NCBI GenBank assembly: GCA_021205565.1
Contig: JAJPXG010000121.1
Coordinates: forward strand, 438-56,053
Origin: Lachnospiraceae bacterium
Lineage (GTDB): Bacteria > Bacillota > Clostridia > Lachnospirales > Lachnospiraceae
Reading direction: 5' to 3'
DNA: 55,616 nucleotides
Part shown: piece after piece, positions 27,155 to 36,877 of the stretch
Layout: every line of letters starts with the position of its first letter
Position numbering within the stretch: position 1 is the first letter of the stretch
The notes under the pieces: generated by a model
What the model was told of the DNA's origin: nothing
Databases searched by the model: none
Seen by the model: only the letters and a program-made list of their open reading frames with translations
Program-made: the position numbers and the translations under genes

Positions 27155-29230
27155 TTATACAATCCGTTTGAACTTCTTTTCAATCTCCTGTTTGGTCATG
27201 GAGATGATAACCGGGCGGCCGTGCGGACAGAAATAAGGATTTTCCAGACCAAGCAGCTCGTCGATCAGCGCCTCCAGCTCCGGCCGGGACATGGACATAT
27301 TGCCCTTCACGGCGGATTTGCAGGCCATACTGGCAAGCTTATCCTTCACCACCTCAAAATCACCCTGAACCGGACCCTGCGAGAGCTCGTCGAGAACTTC
27401 CTTAAAAAGCTCCTGATAGCTGCAGCCGTACAGATCAACGGGAACGCCCCTGATCACATAGGAATGCTCTCCGAATTTTTCCAGCTCAAAGCCCAGCGCG
27501 GCAAACGCGTCCAGATGCTGGGAAAGAACCCGCTCCTCCTTCGCGTCCACATGCACGACCTGCGGCGGCATGAGTCCCTGCGTCAGCACGTTTTTCTCCC
27601 GCATGGCTTTGACCAGGCGTTCATATTTTACCTTTTCATGGGCTGCGTGCTGGTCGATCATATAAAGGCGGTCGCTGTAGGCGATGATCCAGTAGGTTTT
27701 GAAAACCTGCCCGATGATTTCATAGCTTTCGCGGCTCTTTTGCGTAAGGAATTCCGGGGTGAAAAGAGTCGATTGCTCCGCGTTTTCTATGATCAGTTCG
27801 GGGATCACGGGCTTAGCAGCAGGCTCTGACGTTTCCTCTGATACGAGTTCCCGTTTCATATCAGATTTCTGATTTTCGTCAGATTTCTGAGCCGGGTCAG
27901 GTTCCCGACTCTGTACCGGCACGTTGACCGGATCTTTGTCAGGCATCTGAACGCTAAGATTTTGTGCCGCAGTATTCGACTTATTTTTCCCAAATAAATC
28001 TATAATTGACGGTTCTGCTACTGCGTTTGTATCTGTATGTGCAGCCATATCCGCATTTGCATCGGAAGCATCATCAGGCTGGTCAAAACTCACTTCAAAA
28101 GAAGGAGCATCTTCAGCCGGATTCTCTGGTATCCCGGAAACGCCGCGCAGAAACGGCTCCGGTGTTTTTGGCGGCACCCGGTCTGCAGACGTGCTCTTTG
28201 GCTCAGCATCCTCCTTTCCGAAGGCGTGCTCCACAATAAATTCCCGGCTGCGGAGCGCGTTCGTAATCGCTTTTACGGTCGTCTGATACACTGTCTGTTC
28301 CTTAAGGAAACGAACTTCCATCTTACTTGGATGCACGTTCACATCCACGGTGTTAGCCGGCATCGTAAAATGCAGCACCACAAACGGAAATTTGTGCTGC
28401 ATCACATACTGCTTGTAGCCGTCCTCGATCGCCTTGGAGATGACCTTACTCTTTAAATAACGGGAATTGAGGAAATAATGCTCAAAATTGCGGTTGGAGC
28501 GGTTGATCTCCGGTTTTCCTAAAAAGCCTCTGATCTGAATATCCCCGTCCGTCACATCGATCGGCAGCAGATGATTTGTGATCTCCCTGCCGTAGATGCG
28601 GTAAATCACTTCCTTCAGTTCTCCGTTTCCGGAGGTGTAAAATTTCACCTGGCCGTTCTGCACGTATTTAAACGATATATCCGGCCTGCTCATGGCCAGA
28701 TACTCCATCATCTCCGCCACATATCCCGCTTCTGTCGCAGGCTGTTTTAAAAACTTGCGGCGCACTGGAATATTGTAAAACAGATTGCGCACCAGAATCG
28801 TCGTGCCCTGCGGTGCGCCCACCTGATCAAACGCTTTCTCTACCGCACCCTCAATCTCATAGCGGGTGCCTGCAATGTCGTCCTGCGTCCTTGTGACCAG
28901 CTCCACCTGCGCGACCGCCGCGATACTGGAAAGTGCCTCACCGCGGAACCCCATGCTGGAAAGCTGATTTAAGTCCTGCATATTACGTATCTTGCTGGTA
29001 GCATGCCTGAAAAAGGCAACCCTCACCTGGTCAGACGGGATACCCTCTCCATTATCCGTAACGCGGATCAGATCAATCCCGCCGTTTTTAATCTCCACTG
29101 TGATCGCCTTCGCGCCCGCGTCCATGGCGTTTTCCACTAACTCCTTCACCACATTCAAGGGCCGCTCCACGACCTCGCCGGCGGCAATCTGATCGATTGT
29201 ATCCTCTGATAAAACAAGTATATCTGCCAT
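27155..29230 (-). CDS. mutL: DNA mismatch repair protein MutL
   Basis: 691 aa. The GHKL ATPase N-terminus is IDQIAAGEVVERPLNVVKELVENAMDAGA...DNGEGI...GFRGEAL. A Pro/acidic linker follows, then a C-terminal dimerisation/endonuclease domain (DQHAAHEKVKYE..., ...CPHGRP). Confidence 0.95.
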   Translation of the reverse strand: MADILVLSEDTIDQIAAGEVVERPLNVVKELVENAMDAGAKAITVEIKNGGIDLIRVTDNGEGIPSDQVRVAFFRHATSKIRNMQDLNQLSSMGFRGEALSSIAAVAQVELVTRTQDDIAGTRYEIEGAVEKAFDQVGAPQGTTILVRNLFYNIPVRRKFLKQPATEAGYVAEMMEYLAMSRPDISFKYVQNGQVKFYTSGNGELKEVIYRIYGREITNHLLPIDVTDGDIQIRGFLGKPEINRSNRNFEHYFLNSRYLKSKVISKAIEDGYKQYVMQHKFPFVVLHFTMPANTVDVNVHPSKMEVRFLKEQTVYQTTVKAITNALRSREFIVEHAFGKEDAEPKSTSADRVPPKTPEPFLRGVSGIPENPAEDAPSFEVSFDQPDDASDANADMAAHTDTNAVAEPSIIDLFGKNKSNTAAQNLSVQMPDKDPVNVPVQSREPDPAQKSDENQKSDMKRELVSEETSEPAAKPVIPELIIENAEQSTLFTPEFLTQKSRESYEIIGQVFKTYWIIAYSDRLYMIDQHAAHEKVKYERLVKAMREKNVLTQGLMPPQVVHVDAKEERVLSQHLDAFAALGFELEKFGEHSYVIRGVPVDLYGCSYQELFKEVLDELSQGPVQGDFEVVKDKLASMACKSAVKGNMSMSRPELEALIDELLGLENPYFCPHGRPVIISMTKQEIEKKFKRIV

Positions 29231-29290
29231 CTGATTTTTCCCTATAGTACAGTCTTAATAAGATTCATGTAGAAGTTGCTGCAAGTTTAA

Positions 29291-29442
29291 GCATGAGGAA
29301 GCGAAAACTGTTACGCGATTTTTGTGCAGTGAAGACGAGACTAAGGAAAAGTGGAAGCCTCTGCAGAACACTTTTCCTGCTTTAATGGCTCGGCTGAGCG
29401 TTTTGCGCAGCATGAGCGAAACAGTTTTTCACTTTCTCATGC
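29291..29442. repeat. Nested inverted repeats in the mutS-mutL spacer
   Basis: The outer arms are GCATGAGGAAGCGAAAACTGTT (29291-29312) and AACAGTTTTTCACTTTCTCATGC (29420-29442). The central perfect 10-bp hairpin is AGGAAAAGTG (29344-29353) with CACTTTTCCT (29369-29378). Confidence 0.7.
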
Positions 29443-29471
29443 AAGCCATTTGCGCTTTTACAATTGAAGCT

Positions 29472-32128
29472 TTACCACCGGTTTTTCAGCTGATTCTGCA
29501 GCCGGTACAGCGTATTCAGCGCATCCAGCGGCTTCATATTGTTGATGTCCAGCTCTCTTAACTCCTTTATGACATCCTCATCCTTCACCGTATCAAACAA
29601 AGACATCTGTGCCAGATCCACCTCATCATAATGCTTCACCGGCTTCGACTTAGCGGTTGACACACTGCTCTGACTTTTCAGAATTCCCTGCACCTTAGAC
29701 GAAATGTCATTCTCCGAAAGCTGCGCCGCGATCTCTTCTGCCCGATCTGTCACCATCTGCGGAACGCCGGCCAGCTTCGCCACCTGAATACCATAGCTTT
29801 TATCCGCACCGCCCTTGATGATTTTCCGGAGGAAAACGATATCGTCCCCGCTCTCCTTGACGGCAATGCAGTAATTATTGACATTGTCCATCTTATCTTC
29901 CAGCTCCGTGAGCTCATGATAATGCGTGGCAAAGAGTGTCTTCGCTCCCAGAAGGCGCTTGTTGCTGATATGCTCAATCACCGCCCAGGCGATGGCAAGG
30001 CCGTCGTAGGTCGAGGTCCCGCGGCCGATCTCATCCAAAATCAGCAGACTTTTGCTGGTCGCATTGCGCAGGATATTGGCAACCTCGTTCATCTCCACCA
30101 TAAATGTGGACTGACCGCTGGCCAGGTCGTCGCTCGCGCCTACCCTGGTAAAAATACGGTCCACCAGGCCGATGTCCGCGCTTTTAGCGGGCACAAAGGA
30201 GCCGATCTGCGCCATCAGAACAATCAGCGCACTCTGGCGCATATAGGTCGATTTACCGGCCATATTGGGGCCTGTAATGATACTGACGCAGTGTTTCCCG
30301 TTATCCAGGTAGGTATCGTTCGGGATAAACATGTCATGCTCGATCATGCGCTCCACCACCGGATGCCTGCCCTCTTTGATGTTAATCAGTCCTTTTTCAT
30401 TGATATTGGGTCTTACATAGTGATTCTGCTCCGCCACCACAGCCAGAGACGCGTATACATCCAGCTTTGCCACCGCCCTCGCGGTCGCCTGAATGCGGTC
30501 TGTCTGCGCAAAAATCTGATCGCGGATATGACAGAAGACATCGTACTCCATCCCGGTGAGCTTGTCCTCCGCGTTCAGGATCAGATTCTCCATCTCCTTT
30601 AATTTTGGCGTGGTGTAGCGCTCCGCACCAGTCAGCGTCTGCTTGCGGATATAATCGTCCGGCACCAGATCCTTGTAGGAATTGGTCACCTCGAAATAAT
30701 AGCCGAACACTTTATTATATTTAATCCGCAGATTTTTAATCCCGGTGTGCTCCCGGTCCTCGGCTTCCAGTTGGGCAAGCCAGTCTGTCCCTTCCGTTTT
30801 GGCCCGGCGCAGCTCGTCGATGTCCTTATCATATCCGTCCTTAATCATGCCGCCTTCCCGGACGGAAAACGGCGGCTCATCGACAATAGCAGCCTCGATC
30901 AGCTGACAGATATCCTCCAGTGCATCAATCTCTGACTCGATACAGCCAAGTTCCTGACTCTTACAGTCAGTCAGCACAGTCTTAATATGCGGTAGCATCT
31001 GAAGCGAACTTTTGAGCGCGATAAAATCCCGGGGATTGGCGGTGCCGAAGCTGACTCTGCCAATCAGCCGCTCCAGGTCATAAATCGGATTTAAATACTC
31101 CCTCACCTCATCGCGGCATAAGCTGTCCTTTACAAACTCGTCTACAGCGTCCAGACGTGCCTCAATATCTTCCTTTTCAATCAAAGGCTGCTCAATCCAG
31201 GTACGCAAAAGCCTGCCGCCCATGGCTGTCTTTGTTTTATCCAAAACCCAGAGCAGCGACCCTCTTTTCTGCTTCTCTCTGAGGGTCTCTGTCAGCTCCA
31301 GATTGCGTCTGGAGGATGAATCCAGCAGCATGAATTTACTGGTCAGATACGGTGTGATATGCCGGATATGCTCCAGCGAATTTTTCTGTGTTTCCGTCAG
31401 GTACTGCATCAGTGCTCCGGCCGCAATCGTGCCGCAGGGGAAGTCATCCAGTCCCAGACCGATCAGCGTATTTAAGTGAAAGTGACGCTGCAGCGCTTTT
31501 CTGCAGTTATTGTCATCAAACATATGCGCGGCAAGCGGAAACACCGCCATTCCCAGGCGGTCACGCAAATCTCCGATGTCCATGCCGCTGACCAGGAAGG
31601 GTTCGTTGCACACCAGCTCAGAAGGAGCATAGCGCATCATCTCATCCTTCAGCTTCTGTAAGTCCTCCACCTCAGTCACATAGTATTCTCCGGTAGAGAC
31701 ATCGCAGGCAGAAATGCCAATACGGCCGGAAATATAGGCGACGCACATGAGGTAGTTGTTTTTATTGTCCTGCAGCGCCTGCGCGTTGGTGACAGTACCC
31801 GGAGTGACTATGCGGATGACATCGCGCTTCACCAGGCCCTTGGCCAGCTTCGGGTCCTCCAGCTGCTCGCAGATCGCTACTTTATAGCCTTTGCTGACCA
31901 GCTTATTTAAATAGCCCTCCACCGCGTGATAAGGGACGCCGCACATGGGGGCGCGCTCCTCTAAGCCGCAGGATTTCCCGGTCAGGGTCAGCTCCAGCTC
32001 CTTGGAGGCAATTTCAGCGTCCTCAAAAAACATCTCATAAAATCGCCGAGACGGTAAAAAAGAATACAGTCCTTGTACTCTTCCTTCGTTTTCAGATACT
32101 GCTGCATCATCGGCGTAACTTCAGCCAT
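29472..32128 (-). pseudogene. mutS: DNA mismatch repair protein MutS, interrupted by a -1 frameshift near codon 31 (or a homopolymer sequencing error)
   Basis: The ATG at 32128 gives [42 protein letters not shown]... then runs out of frame to a TGA 16 codons later. The 853-aa ORF (32033-29472) begins [14 protein letters not shown]... Adding one T to the T4 run (plus-strand A4 at 32039-32042) restores the canonical ...[12 protein letters not shown]. The total span is 2657 nt, which is not a multiple of 3. Downstream motifs are intact (GPNMAGKST Walker A, ILDEIGRGTSTYDG). Confidence 0.85.
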
Positions 32129-32132
32129 TCTG

Positions 32133-33614
32133 TTATCCAATCTGTTCTCCTATGTAATAAAAACCGGGGCACTTTGTCAGCTTCACCTGCACAAACTTCC
32201 CGATCAGGTCCTCCGTGCCCGGGAAATGCACCAGCGTATTGTTGGACATTCTGCCGGTCATGAGGCTTTCGTCCTGTCCGTTTTTCTCCTCCACGAGGAT
32301 TTCCACCGTCTGTCCTTCGTACTGTCCGATCCGGCTGCGGGACACCTCCTGCACCTTCTGCAGCACCAGATCAAAGTGTGCCTTTACTTCCACCTCCGGC
32401 ACCTGATTCGTCATCGAGGCAGCGGGTGTACCGGTTCGTTTGGAATAAATAAAGGTAAACGCGTTCTCAAACTGTACCTTTTCTATCACGTCGATCGTCT
32501 CCAGAACGTCCTCATAGGTCTCCCCCGGAAAGCCAACGATAATATCGGTGGAAAGTGCGATATCTGGAATTTTTTCCCTGATTTTGGCCGCCAGCTCCAG
32601 ATAGGATTCCTTTGTATAAACGCGGTTCATCGCTTTCAGAATCCTGGTGGACCCGGACTGCAGAGGCAGGTGCAGATGACGGCAGATTTTCTGTGAATTC
32701 GCCATCACCTCAATCAGTTCGTCGGATAAATCCTTCGGATGAGAGGTCATAAAGCGGATGCGCTCAAGTCCCTCGATCTGCTCCACCTGCTGTAAAAGCT
32801 GCGCGAAGGTGATGGGCTGCTTAAGATTTTTGCCGTAGCTGTTGACGTTCTGGCCAAGGAGCATGATCTCCACCACGCCGTCCGCCACGAGTGCCTTAAT
32901 CTCTGCAATAATATCCTCAGGTTTGCGGCTGCGCTCCCTGCCGCGCACATAAGGTACGATGCAGTAGGTGCAGAAATTATTACAGCCGAACATGATGTTG
33001 ATGCCGGATTTAAAGGGATATTTGCGTTCCACCGGCAGATCCTCCACGATCTGATCCGTATCCCTCCAGATATCGATGATCATGTCACCGTTGCTTTCAA
33101 ACATGGCATTTAAAAGCTCCGGGAAGCGGAAAATATTATGCGTGCCAAAGATCAGATTCACAAAACGGTAGCTTTTCTGAAGCTTCTCGATGACGGTCGG
33201 CTCCTGCATCATGCAGCCGCAGAGAGCGATTTTCATCTGCGGATTAGACCGTTTATAACGCTTCAGTTCGCCCAGGCGGCCGTACACACGCTGGTTTGCA
33301 TTGTCGCGGACAGTACAGGTATTATAAATCACAAAATCCGTCTGCTCTGTCTCTACGATCTCGTATCCCACCAGCTGCAGAATTCCGGTCAGCTTCTCAC
33401 TGTCCCTGGCATTCATCTGGCAGCCAAATGTGACGACACAGCATCCGGGTTTTCTGTGAAGCTCCTTAGTCAGAGCTTCCACATGCTTTCGCACTTTTGC
33501 CATGTAATAATACTGACGTTCCGTCTCATCCGCAGGAACAGGACCGTGAATATCAATTTTTTCTATTAACGCAGCCACTTCATCTGCATTTTCTTTATTA
33601 ACATATACTGCCAC
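32133..33614 (-). CDS. miaB: tRNA (N6-isopentenyl-A37) methylthiotransferase MiaB (radical SAM)
   Basis: 493 aa from a GTG start at 33614. It has the MTTase N-domain ([12 protein letters not shown]...[10 protein letters not shown]...CGCM), the radical-SAM motif [11 protein letters not shown] and a TRAM domain at the C-terminus. The stop lies 4 nt before the mutS ATG. Confidence 0.9.
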   Translation of the reverse strand: MAVYVNKENADEVAALIEKIDIHGPVPADETERQYYYMAKVRKHVEALTKELHRKPGCCVVTFGCQMNARDSEKLTGILQLVGYEIVETEQTDFVIYNTCTVRDNANQRVYGRLGELKRYKRSNPQMKIALCGCMMQEPTVIEKLQKSYRFVNLIFGTHNIFRFPELLNAMFESNGDMIIDIWRDTDQIVEDLPVERKYPFKSGINIMFGCNNFCTYCIVPYVRGRERSRKPEDIIAEIKALVADGVVEIMLLGQNVNSYGKNLKQPITFAQLLQQVEQIEGLERIRFMTSHPKDLSDELIEVMANSQKICRHLHLPLQSGSTRILKAMNRVYTKESYLELAAKIREKIPDIALSTDIIVGFPGETYEDVLETIDVIEKVQFENAFTFIYSKRTGTPAASMTNQVPEVEVKAHFDLVLQKVQEVSRSRIGQYEGQTVEILVEEKNGQDESLMTGRMSNNTLVHFPGTEDLIGKFVQVKLTKCPGFYYIGEQIG

Positions 33615-33783
33615 GTAATCATTCCTTTAAAATATACTTTTTACAACGCAAAAAGCGCGGCAGTTATGCCTGTCACGCTTTCATCAATTGGGCCGGCAAT
33701 TTGAGTCATTTTTCATTTTAATGTCAACAGACTGAAATTGCAAGCCCTATTTCTCCTAAACCTGAAATCAAACAATTTTCTCC

Positions 33784-33812
33784 TTGCATTTTATACGCGC
33801 AGTCATTAAAAT
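33784..33812 (+). promoter_or_regulatory. Putative sigma-A promoter for queA
   Basis: TTGCAT (33784-33789), a 17-nt spacer, then TAAAAT (33807-33812). Confidence 0.5.
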
Positions 33813-33891
33813 GAGATGATACTAAGGAGCGCTCTTTGCGAAGCCATCCATAATAGTAGCATCTCATTCAGCAAAAGGACAAGCAAGCTTT

Positions 33892-34935
33892 ATGAATACA
33901 AGTGATTTTTATTTCGACCTGCCAAAGGAACTGATCGCGCAGGATCCGCTCGAAGACCGTTCCGCCTCCCGCCTCTTAGTGATGGACCAAGAAAGCGGCG
34001 CCGTGCAGCATCATCATTTTAAAGAGATCGTGGATATGCTTTTTCCGGGGGACTGTCTGGTCTTAAACGACACGAAGGTCATCCCGGCCAGACTCTATGG
34101 CAATAAAACGGACACCGGCGCAGTCATTGAGCTGCTTTTGTTAAAGCGCCTGGAAAATGACGTCTGGGAGTGCCTGGTAAAACCAGGCAAAAAATGCCGC
34201 ACCGGGGCGCGGTTTACCTTCGGTGACGGCAGGCTGACTGCCGAGGTAGTAGACACAAAGGAAGACGGCAACCGCCTGATTCACTTTACCTATGAGGGAA
34301 TCTGGGAGGAAGTGCTGGACGCCTTAGGAGAAATGCCGCTGCCGCCGTATATCACCCACAAACTGAAGGACCGCGACCGGTACCAGACCGTATATGCGGC
34401 TCACGAGGGCAGCGCAGCCGCGCCAACAGCAGGCTTGCATTTCACCAAAGAGCTGCTTAACGAAATTGAAGAAAAAGGCGTTAAGCTTGCTTATGTGACG
34501 CTTCACGTCGGCCTCGGCACCTTCCGCCCGGTTAAAGTGGACGACGTGACAAAACATCACATGCACAGCGAATACTATGAAGTCTCAGAGGAGACCGCGA
34601 AACTGATCAATGACACAAAAGCCGCCGGCGGCCGCGTGATCTGCGTCGGCACCACCAGCTGCCGGACACTTGAGAGTGCCTCTACCGATGACGGTATTCT
34701 TCACCCTGGCTGCGCCAACACAGAAATCTTTATCTATCCCGGCTATCAGTTTAAAATGATGGACGGTCTGATCACCAACTTCCATCTTCCGGAAAGCACG
34801 CTGGTCATGCTGGTCAGCGCCTTTGCCGGACGGGAGCATGTTCTGGCGGCCTATGAAGAGGCGATTCAAGAACGGTACCGTTTCTTTTCTTTCGGTGATG
34901 CGATGTTCATCACAACCGTGATGCCGGAAAATTAA
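33892..34935 (+). CDS. queA: S-adenosylmethionine:tRNA ribosyltransferase-isomerase
   Basis: 347 aa: [30 protein letters not shown]...PLPPYI...YQTVYA...[13 protein letters not shown]...HVGLGTF...[11 protein letters not shown]...[10 protein letters not shown]. Confidence 0.95.
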   Translation: MNTSDFYFDLPKELIAQDPLEDRSASRLLVMDQESGAVQHHHFKEIVDMLFPGDCLVLNDTKVIPARLYGNKTDTGAVIELLLLKRLENDVWECLVKPGKKCRTGARFTFGDGRLTAEVVDTKEDGNRLIHFTYEGIWEEVLDALGEMPLPPYITHKLKDRDRYQTVYAAHEGSAAAPTAGLHFTKELLNEIEEKGVKLAYVTLHVGLGTFRPVKVDDVTKHHMHSEYYEVSEETAKLINDTKAAGGRVICVGTTSCRTLESASTDDGILHPGCANTEIFIYPGYQFKMMDGLITNFHLPESTLVMLVSAFAGREHVLAAYEEAIQERYRFFSFGDAMFITTVMPEN

Positions 34936-34941
34936 TAAATT

Positions 34942-36695
34942 TCACTGCTCCTCGCTCAGCATCAGCCCCACCCTCGACTGGATAATCTCAGCCACGGCCT
35001 CCGCGCTCTTCTGGCCGGCAAAGTAAGCGCCCGTTTCTTCTAACACGATGCTCATCACATCGTTGAAATTCCAGTTGAGTTTGCGATTGACGGTGCACAG
35101 GTAGTCATACCACCTGTCGGCCACTTCCTGTGACACTGGTTCAATCTCCATTGTTACGCCGCCGACGCTTGTCTCATATGCTTCATACACCTTCTCGCCG
35201 TTTATTGTATCGTAAGGCTGCTGTGTCATCCTGTCCGTCAATTCCCGTACAGCCGCCTTTAAAACCGGAATCGGATAAGAAAACAGCATATCGTCATCTG
35301 GCATCTGCTCCTCCTCAGAAAGGAACATTTTCACAAACTCCCAGGCGGCCTCCACATTTCCGGAGCTGGAAATCGCAAAGGAGCCATTGGCCATGATGAC
35401 AGAGCTGGTGCCGCTTTCGCTTGGAAAACCGACCGCCACAAAATCCTCGTCGAATATTCCGTAATTATAATAATTCAGGTAAGAAACAGCATCGATCGTG
35501 AACTGGTAAAGGAGCGCTCTGTCCTCGATATACTGCCTGTTGTCTCCACGTACCTCATCATCCTGCTCATTTTCCGCAATAAATTCCAACAGCTTCAGAA
35601 AAGCTTCTGACGTAAAAGAACAGGTTCCCGCTTCCTCATCTATAAAGTCCTCATAGCAGAAATAAAATGCCTGATACAGCAGGCTTTCCGCGCTGTTCTG
35701 CCCACTGGAATCCGTACCAAAGAGGTCTGCGTCCGGATACGCTGCCATAATTTTCTCAAGGCGTTCCCAGGTCAGTGCTTCCTCCCCGAAAATACTGTAC
35801 TTTCCCAGATAAGTAAACAGCTGAAATTCCGGCACCAGCTCATAAAGACAGCCGTCCTTTTCATAGGCTTCAAACACATTTTCCAGGTAATCTGATTTTT
35901 CAAAATCCGGATCATTCTCCATCAGCTCATAAAAATCCGCAAGCATGCCCTGCTTCGCGTAGCTGTCAAAATCAAAACTTCCTTCGAGCCCATTAAAGAA
36001 CAGATCCGGGCCCTCTCCCGCCATGATTTCATTGTTCAGCCGTGTGATGCCAGCGTCCGGATCCTCGCTTGTCGCGTATTCAGAATAATCCACAACCATA
36101 ATTCTGTATGTATCACTGCTTTCATTGAATTCACTGACGATCCGGTTGATCTCAACGCCGTCATAGTTGGTTCCATAGACCGCCAGCTGAAGCTCCACCT
36201 TTTCCTGTACATCCGATGAATTTACCTTATCAAGAATGGCAAAACGGTCATAGTCTCCGTACCCGACGTAGCAGACCAGCACCCGCTGCGGCGAAAGATA
36301 CACAATCTCATTCATCAGATAGACAGATAAATCACTTGATTGATAGCTTATGATTTCTGTCTCCTGCGAATCTCCGAAATCATAGCCATATACTGCATAC
36401 GAATCACTTAAAACCAAATCAAAACCGCTCTCGCCGCCCGCATAAATATACCCCTGATTATTCGCATTGTAAGAGGTATATTTCGTAAAATTATCCATCA
36501 GTTCCACTTCACCGGCCGACTGCCCTGTGGTCACGTCCAGCAGCTGATAAGTATACGAAGCGCTTTCGCTGTCATAGATTTCTTCCATCGTTTCATAAAA
36601 TCCCCTTTGATCCAGCTTTCATATATCGTGACAAAACCATCAAGATCCAATTCGCCGGTCGTAGTATCATGAGCTTCCTTTGCACATGATCCTAT
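34942..36695 (-). pseudogene. Extracellular solute-binding-protein-like gene, apparently 5'-truncated and frameshifted
   Basis: The intact ORF 34942-36588 (548 aa) has SBP family-1-like C-terminal features (...GEGPDLFF..., ...VAVGFPSESGTSSVIMANGSFAISSSGNVEAAWEFVKMFLSEEEQ...). It has no signal peptide or lipobox. Coding-like sequence continues upstream in another frame (AKEAHDTTTGELDLDGFVTIYESWIKGDF, 36695-36597) without a start codon. The upstream terminator leaves no room for a normal N-terminus. Confidence 0.5.
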
Positions 36696-36761
36696 TTACC
36701 GGTCTCCTACAATCAATATTTTCATGCACAGATTTTCATTGCCCTGTTCCGTTTTATCCTC

Positions 36762-36801
36762 AAAACGAAAAACCACGGCAGTATAAGTCCGCCATGGTTT
36801 T
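36762..36801 (-). terminator. Rho-independent terminator after the U32 peptidase gene
   Basis: The minus strand reads AAAACCATGGCGG-ACTTATA-CTGCCGTGGTTTTTCGTTTTG (stem with one G-U pair, then a T-tract). Confidence 0.7.
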
Positions 36802-36877
36802 CATTATAATATGTCATTGTAAACGATTTGAATCAAAATTCTTAAGAATTTCTTTAATATCGCCAAAATGAAGGGGT

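Noticed and set aside
26990-27829. 279-aa plus-strand ORF
   Set aside because: It lies entirely antisense to miaA/mutL, whose products have unambiguous family motifs, so it is a shadow ORF.
29322-29561. 79-aa plus-strand ORF in the mutS-mutL spacer
   Set aside because: It has no RBS, runs into the mutS 3' end in antisense, and mostly translates the palindromic repeats.
29916-30602. 228-aa plus-strand ORF
   Set aside because: It is antisense to the MutS ATPase domain. Its Arg/His/Gly-rich composition is typical of reverse-frame translation.
32073-32696. 207-aa plus-strand ORF
   Set aside because: It is antisense to the miaB 3' end and the mutS 5' end, so it is a shadow ORF.
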